In this document: piece by piece, positions 27,331-32,000 of the stretch
How positions within the stretch are numbered: the stretch's first letter is position 1
How the letters are laid out: the number at the start of each line of letters is the position of its first letter
Assembly (NCBI RefSeq): GCF_000196555.1
Contig: NC_015067.1
Span: 810,001 to 842,000, forward strand
Length of the DNA stretch: 32,000 bases
Origin: Bifidobacterium longum subsp. longum JCM 1217
GTDB taxonomy: Bacteria; Actinomycetota; Actinomycetes; Actinomycetales; Bifidobacteriaceae
Direction of reading: 5' to 3'
Program-made: the position numbers and the translations under genes
The notes under the pieces: model-generated
What the model was told of the DNA's origin: nothing
Database searches by the model: none
What the model saw: only the letters and a program-made list of their open reading frames with translations

Positions 27331-28482
27331 ATGAGTGAACATATCGACATCGACCACGAACTCATCACTATCCGCCACTACCTGCACGCCCATCCGGAGC
27401 GTAGTTTCCGTGAATTCGGCACCAGCATCTATCTGACCGACCAGCTCAAGGCGCACGGCATCGAGATCCTGCACAACCCGCTGGAGACTGGTGTTGTGGG
27501 GCTCATTCAGGGCGAGGCCGGTCCCGGGCCGCGTATCGGGCTGCGCGCTGACATCGACGGCCTGCCCATCGTGGAAGACTCCGGACTGGAGTTCAGCTCC
27601 GTCAATGAAGGCGTGATGCACGGCTGCGGCCACGACCTGCACATGACCGGTCTGCTCGGTGCCGCCTTCTGGCTCGCCGAGCACCGTGACAAGTTCGCCG
27701 GCTCGATCAAGATTCTGTTCCAGCCGAGTGAGGAGACCGGCCAAGGCGCTCGCGCCATGATCGACGCCGGACTCGTGGATGACGTCGAAGCCATTATCGG
27801 CACGCACAACAACCCCAACTATGCGCCCGGCCAGCTGGCCATCGGCGTTGAGCCGATGATGGCCGGCTGCGTGAAATTCCGCGTGACCCTCCACGCCCAA
27901 GGCACCCACGCCGGTTACCCGTACAAGGGCACCGGGCCCATCGAAGCGCTCGCCAGTATTATTCTGAGCCTGCAGACCATCGTGAGCCGCAACGTCACGC
28001 CCTTCCACCCGCTGGTGCTGTCCGTTACCGAAGTGCACGGCGGCCATGTGTGGAACGTGGTGCCCGCCGAAGCCGGATTCCAAGGGACTGTGCGCTATTT
28101 CCACAAGTCGGATGGCAATCTGGTCGGCCGCCGATTCAAGGAAGTGGTGGAACACACCGCCGAGGCATACGGCATCAGCGCCGACGTGGTCTGGGATGAC
28201 TTTCAAGACCCGCTGGTCTCCGATCCAGGTCTCGCCAAGGCCGTGGCGGCGGATGTCAACGACTACGCGCAGCTCGAACCGATACGTCAGTCGATGGCGG
28301 GGGAGGACTTCTGCGAATTCGCCAAGGTGACGTTGCCGGTGTTCGCGTTCGTCGGGTCAAACGGCCAGGAAGGTTGCGCCGACTGGCATAGCCCGCATTT
28401 CGTGGGTCTCGACGAATCCATTCCCACCTTCGTCAACTTCTACGTCAACACCGCTCTGCGCGTGCTCAACGAGCTGAAGTAA
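27331..28482 (+). CDS. M20-family amidohydrolase (N-acyl-L-amino acid amidohydrolase / hippuricase-like)
   Basis: This 383-aa ORF carries the motif pattern of the M20D subfamily: RHYLHAHPERSF, LRADIDGLP, MHGCGHDLH, FQPSEE. Confidence 0.85.
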   Translation: MSEHIDIDHELITIRHYLHAHPERSFREFGTSIYLTDQLKAHGIEILHNPLETGVVGLIQGEAGPGPRIGLRADIDGLPIVEDSGLEFSSVNEGVMHGCGHDLHMTGLLGAAFWLAEHRDKFAGSIKILFQPSEETGQGARAMIDAGLVDDVEAIIGTHNNPNYAPGQLAIGVEPMMAGCVKFRVTLHAQGTHAGYPYKGTGPIEALASIILSLQTIVSRNVTPFHPLVLSVTEVHGGHVWNVVPAEAGFQGTVRYFHKSDGNLVGRRFKEVVEHTAEAYGISADVVWDDFQDPLVSDPGLAKAVAADVNDYAQLEPIRQSMAGEDFCEFAKVTLPVFAFVGSNGQEGCADWHSPHFVGLDESIPTFVNFYVNTALRVLNELK

Positions 28483-28637
28483 ATCCTTTTCTGGCTCGCC
28501 TCCGGAGGCTGAGGCGTTAGGCAGACAGCCCAGTGGGCTGTCTGTAGCCGAAGGTGAGGCGACAGCCGAACCAGATATGCGCGGGCCTCGCCCGTCCATA
28601 AGTGCAGGACGAGCTATCAGCGAAGCTGACTGAGGGG

Positions 28638-28780
28638 AGTGGCATTCGTTCATTAGGTCGATTCATCGTCCATTAGGTCGGTGAACGGCGATACTGGTTG
28701 TTGGAATCGCGCCATTGCAACGACTGATATCGCATTGCAGTGACCTAATGAACGCAAAAACGACCTAATGAATGACGCCA
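28638..28780. repeat. ~140-bp imperfect palindrome carrying four CATTAGGTCG boxes (two direct, two inverted)
   Basis: The boxes are at 28651-28660, 28671-28680, 28741-28750 (one mismatch) and 28761-28770. The arms align around a centre at 28710/28711. The element ends 50 bp upstream of the nadE ATG. Confidence 0.85.
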
Positions 28781-28830
28781 AGCCGGAAGAACAGGCAATC
28801 CGACGTCATACGCGGCTACACTAAGAATCT

Positions 28831-30528
28831 ATGACACAGCTTCGCTTCGCACTCGCCCAGATCGACACCTGCGTCGGCGCGCTTGACGCCAACGCCGCCA
28901 AGGTGCTCGACTACTCCCGTAAAGCCGCCGCAGGAAACGCCCAAGTGGTTGTTTTCCCGGAAATGACCCTCACCGGATACCCCATCGAGGATCTGGCCCT
29001 GCGCCGCACCTTCCGCCAAGCCGCATGGGACAAGGCCAACGAACTCGCCACCCAGCTCAACGACGACGGCCTCGGCGATCTGTTCGTGGTGGTCGGCACC
29101 GTGGGCACCGACCGCAAGACCTCCAAGCCGCGCAACCGACTGGTGGTCTTGCACCAAGGCGTGGTCTGGGCTGGCTACGACAAGCACTTCCTGCCCAACT
29201 ACGGCGTGTTCGACGAATTCCGCATCTTCTCCGCCGGCGACCGCTCCGTGACCCTCGACGTGGACGGCGCCACCATTGGCGTGGCCATCTGCGAGGACAT
29301 CTGGCAGGACGGCGGACCGGTGGCCGACCTGGCCACCAAGAACATCGACCTGCTGCTCACCATCAACGGCTCGCCGTATGAGGAAGGCAAGACCAACACC
29401 CGTTTCGAGCTCGCCCAGCGTCGTGCCGCCGAGGTTAACGCCCCGGTCATCTACCTGAATCAGGTCGGCGGTCAAGACGACCTCGTCTTCGACGGCGGCA
29501 GCTTCGTGGTCGACGCCGACGGCACGCTTATCGAACGCAGCCCGATGTTCATGGAAAACCTGACGTTCTGGGACTTCGATTCCGCCGCCGAACATCAGGC
29601 CAAGGCCGAGATCGTTCCGGAACTCGGCCCGGACGAAGAGGTATACACCGCCTGCGTGCTCGGCCTCAAGGACTACATGGCCAAGAACCACTTCACCGGC
29701 GTGACGCTGGGCCTCTCAGGAGGCATCGACTCCGCACTGGTAGCCGCCATGGCGGCCGACGCATGCGGCGGCGAGAACGTCTGGGGCATCTCCATGCCCT
29801 CCATGTACTCCTCCGACGGTTCCAAAGACGACGCCGCCGATTTGGCCTCCAACATTGGCGCCCATTACGAGGTCCAGCCCATTGAGCCATTGTTCAACGC
29901 CTACCAACAGCAACTTGACCTTGATGGCGTCTCCGCCGAGAACCTGCAGGCCCGCATCCGCGGTGTGATCGTGATGGCCAGCTCCAATTCGCGCGGTCTG
30001 CTCGCCGTGGCCACCGGCAACAAGTCAGAGCTCGCCTGCGGCTACTCGACCATCTACGGCGATGCGGTAGGCGGCTACGCACCCATCAAGGACCTGCTCA
30101 AGACCCGTGTCTGGGAGATCAGCCGTTGGCGTAACAAGGCCGCGGCCGCAGGCGTCGGCATCGGCGGTCTCAAGATCGCGGGCAACGAGGACGGCAACAC
30201 CGGCATCCCGTTGAAGGACGGCGTGATGATTCCGGTCTCCTCCATCGAGAAGGCACCCTCGGCCGAGTTGCGCCCCGGGCAGAAGGACTCCGACTCCCTG
30301 CCCGAATACGCGCTGCTCGACAAGGTGCTCGCCGCATACATCGAGCACGCGCACGGCCGCGCCGACCTGTTAGCCGACGGCTTCGACCAGGTCACCGTAG
30401 ACACCGTGATGCGATTGGTGGACCGCGCCGAATGGAAGCGCCGCCAATACCCGCTGGGACCGAAGGTCACGGCCCTCGCGTTCGGCCGCGACCGCCGACT
30501 GCCCGTCACCAACGCATTCAGGGAATAA
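28831..30528 (+). CDS. nadE: glutamine-dependent NAD+ synthetase
   Basis: This 565-aa ORF has an N-terminal CN-hydrolase domain (VVVFPEMTLTGYP, ICEDIW) and a C-terminal NAD synthetase domain (GLSGGIDSALVA). Confidence 0.93.
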   Translation: MTQLRFALAQIDTCVGALDANAAKVLDYSRKAAAGNAQVVVFPEMTLTGYPIEDLALRRTFRQAAWDKANELATQLNDDGLGDLFVVVGTVGTDRKTSKPRNRLVVLHQGVVWAGYDKHFLPNYGVFDEFRIFSAGDRSVTLDVDGATIGVAICEDIWQDGGPVADLATKNIDLLLTINGSPYEEGKTNTRFELAQRRAAEVNAPVIYLNQVGGQDDLVFDGGSFVVDADGTLIERSPMFMENLTFWDFDSAAEHQAKAEIVPELGPDEEVYTACVLGLKDYMAKNHFTGVTLGLSGGIDSALVAAMAADACGGENVWGISMPSMYSSDGSKDDAADLASNIGAHYEVQPIEPLFNAYQQQLDLDGVSAENLQARIRGVIVMASSNSRGLLAVATGNKSELACGYSTIYGDAVGGYAPIKDLLKTRVWEISRWRNKAAAAGVGIGGLKIAGNEDGNTGIPLKDGVMIPVSSIEKAPSAELRPGQKDSDSLPEYALLDKVLAAYIEHAHGRADLLADGFDQVTVDTVMRLVDRAEWKRRQYPLGPKVTALAFGRDRRLPVTNAFRE

Positions 30529-30535
30529 ACATATA

Positions 30536-30557
30536 TTGCTCCCGCCAGCGGGAGCAA
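30536..30557 (+). terminator. hairpin immediately after nadE
   Basis: TTGCTCCC-GCCAGC-GGGAGCAA lies 8 nt after the stop. There is no U-tract. It shares an 18-nt core with the pta-ackA hairpin. Confidence 0.4.
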
Positions 30558-30580
30558 GTAATACCGTTGAGGAGGTACCA

Positions 30581-30805
30581 ATGACAGACGATAACAAGAA
30601 GCAGTGGTATTTCAACACCGTCAAGAAGCAGGCCGAGTTGGGCATGGTCTCACCGATCGAACAGCGCATGGGTCCGTACAAGACCAAGGAAGACGCCGAA
30701 CATGCGTGGGACATCGTGGTGGACCGCAATGCCAGATGGGAGGAGGAGAACCGGCGCTGGAAGAACTACGGCGTGAAACCCGCACAGGCTCGCCCCGAGG
30801 ATTGA
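30581..30805 (+). CDS. small conserved hypothetical protein (74 aa)
   Basis: ATG 30581 lies 6 nt after GAGGAGG. The product MTDDNKKQWYFNTVKKQAELG...GPYKTKEDAEHAW is charged and has no TM segment. I cannot place the family. Confidence 0.6.
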   Translation: MTDDNKKQWYFNTVKKQAELGMVSPIEQRMGPYKTKEDAEHAWDIVVDRNARWEEENRRWKNYGVKPAQARPED

Positions 30806-30851
30806 CGGTCGAAAACTGACGGATACGGTTCTGCTGTCAATCTCAAGACCG

Positions 30852-30885
30852 AACCGCTCATACGAACATCACAGTATGAGCGGTT
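30852..30885 (+). terminator. hairpin downstream of the small ORF
   Basis: AACCGCTCATAC-N10-GTATGAGCGGTT forms a 12-bp perfect stem followed by TCCCATATC. Confidence 0.5.
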
Positions 30886-30959
30886 TCCCATATCTGGAGA
30901 CGTGCAATAGTCCCATCAATATCTAGAAGCCATTGGAATGGTAGCGTTCACAGAAACAA

Positions 30960-30975
30960 TGTGAGATAGCTCACT
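30960..30975. promoter_or_regulatory. CRP/GlxR-like palindrome upstream of pflB
   Basis: TGTGAGATAGCTCACT matches the TGTGA-N6-TCACA consensus at 9 of 10 positions. It lies ~95 bp upstream of the pflB ATG. Confidence 0.3.
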
Positions 30976-31070
30976 CCCAATTTCAGCTTTTCTCAAGCAA
31001 GTGCCAACTACACTGTTGAACCAAGGGTTCCGTGAAGATGCGAAACCTACAACCCCATTTAAGGAGTGAC

Positions 31071-32000
31071 ATGACCGCAGTGGAAAATGCAGCTGTCTCC
31101 CAGGAGGAGCTCGACGCCAAGGCGTGGGCCGGCTTCACCGAGGGCAACTGGCAGAAGGATATTGACGTCCGCGACTTCATCCAGAAGAACTACACCCCGT
31201 ACGAGGGCGACGAGACATTCCTGGCTCCTGCCACCGAGAAGACCAAGCACCTGTGGAAGTACCTCGACGACAACTACCTGGCCGTGGAGCGCAAGCAGCG
31301 CGTCTACGACGTGGACACCCATACCCCGGCCGACGTCGACGCCTTCCCGGCCGGCTACATCGACTCCCCGGAAGTCGATAACGTGGTCGTTGGCCTCCAG
31401 ACCGACGTTCCCTGCAAGCGCGCGATGATGCCGAACGGTGGCTGGCGCATGGTCGAGCAGGCCATCAAGGAAGCCGGCAAGGAACCGGATCCGGAGATCA
31501 AGAAGATCTTCACCAAGTACCGCAAGACCCACAACGACGGCGTCTTCGGCGTGTACACCAAGCAGATCAAGGTCGCCCGCCACAACAAGATCCTCACCGG
31601 TCTGCCGGACGCCTACGGCCGTGGCCGCATCATCGGCGACTACCGCCGCGTCGCCCTGTACGGCGTGAACAAGCTCATCGCCTTCAAGAAGCGCGACAAG
31701 GACTCCGTGCCGTACCGCAACGACTTCACCGAGCCGGAGATCGAGCACTGGATCCGCTTCCGTGAGGAGCACGACGAGCAGATCAAGGCTCTGAAGAAGC
31801 TCATCAACCTCGGCAACGAGTACGGCCTCGACCTGTCCCGCCCGGCCCAGACCGCGCAGGAAGCCGTGCAGTGGACCTACATGGGCTACCTGGCCTCCAT
31901 CAAGTCCCAGGACGGCGCCGCCATGTCCTTCGGCCGCAACTCCGCCTTCCTCGACTGCTACATCGAGCGCGACCTCCAGGCCGGCAAGATCACCGAGACC
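31071..32000 (+). CDS. pflB: formate C-acetyltransferase (pyruvate formate-lyase), 5' part; continues beyond the window
   Basis: ATG 31071 lies 5 nt after AAGGAG. The frame is open for 310 codons to the window end, so it is absent from the closed-ORF track. My own translation reads MTAVENAAVSQEELDAKAWAGFTEGNWQKDIDVRDFIQKNYTPYEGDE..., a typical PFL N-terminus. Confidence 0.9.
   Translation, partial: MTAVENAAVSQEELDAKAWAGFTEGNWQKDIDVRDFIQKNYTPYEGDETFLAPATEKTKHLWKYLDDNYLAVERKQRVYDVDTHTPADVDAFPAGYIDSPEVDNVVVGLQTDVPCKRAMMPNGGWRMVEQAIKEAGKEPDPEIKKIFTKYRKTHNDGVFGVYTKQIKVARHNKILTGLPDAYGRGRIIGDYRRVALYGVNKLIAFKKRDKDSVPYRNDFTEPEIEHWIRFREEHDEQIKALKKLINLGNEYGLDLSRPAQTAQEAVQWTYMGYLASIKSQDGAAMSFGRNSAFLDCYIERDLQAGKITET

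Overview
This is a high-GC actinobacterial chromosome segment whose gene content and order are typical of Bifidobacterium (B. longum-like). The core genes are ackA-pta, two tandem tRNA-Ala(GGC) genes, a histidine-phosphatase gene, rsfS, glmU, tRNA-Gln, prs, a membrane acyltransferase/SGNH gene, a UPF0371 (DUF1846) gene, guaA, the bifid-shunt phosphoketolase xfp, a Cof-type HAD hydrolase, metQNI, an M20 amidohydrolase, nadE, a small conserved ORF, and the 5' part of pflB, which runs off the window end. All core genes look intact. The long ORFs antisense to them are high-GC shadow frames.

The unusual part is a ~7-kb, visibly lower-GC mosaic at about 11.6-18.6 kb, wedged between the UPF0371 gene and the guaA stop codon. 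It contains:
- (i) a translationally coupled nuclease-toxin / DUF600-type immunity pair of the kind linked to Firmicute type VII secretion, preceded by a beheaded NTPase-like gene tail;
- (ii) a frameshifted MFS transporter gene bracketed by outward-facing IS66-type terminal repeats;
- (iii) a truncated, twice-frameshifted IS66 transposase;
- (iv) a Firmicute-like arsC plus a truncated acr3.

The ars fragment is bracketed by two diverged ~330-bp direct repeats, each ending in a copy of the last 12-14 nt of guaA. This looks like the decayed footprint of guaA-3'-end-targeted integrative elements. No integrase, secretion apparatus, CRISPR array or rRNA is present.

ORF coordinates include the stop codon, as in the supplied track. 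Start codons were refined by eye from RBS context. All family assignments come from recognised motifs, not from searches.
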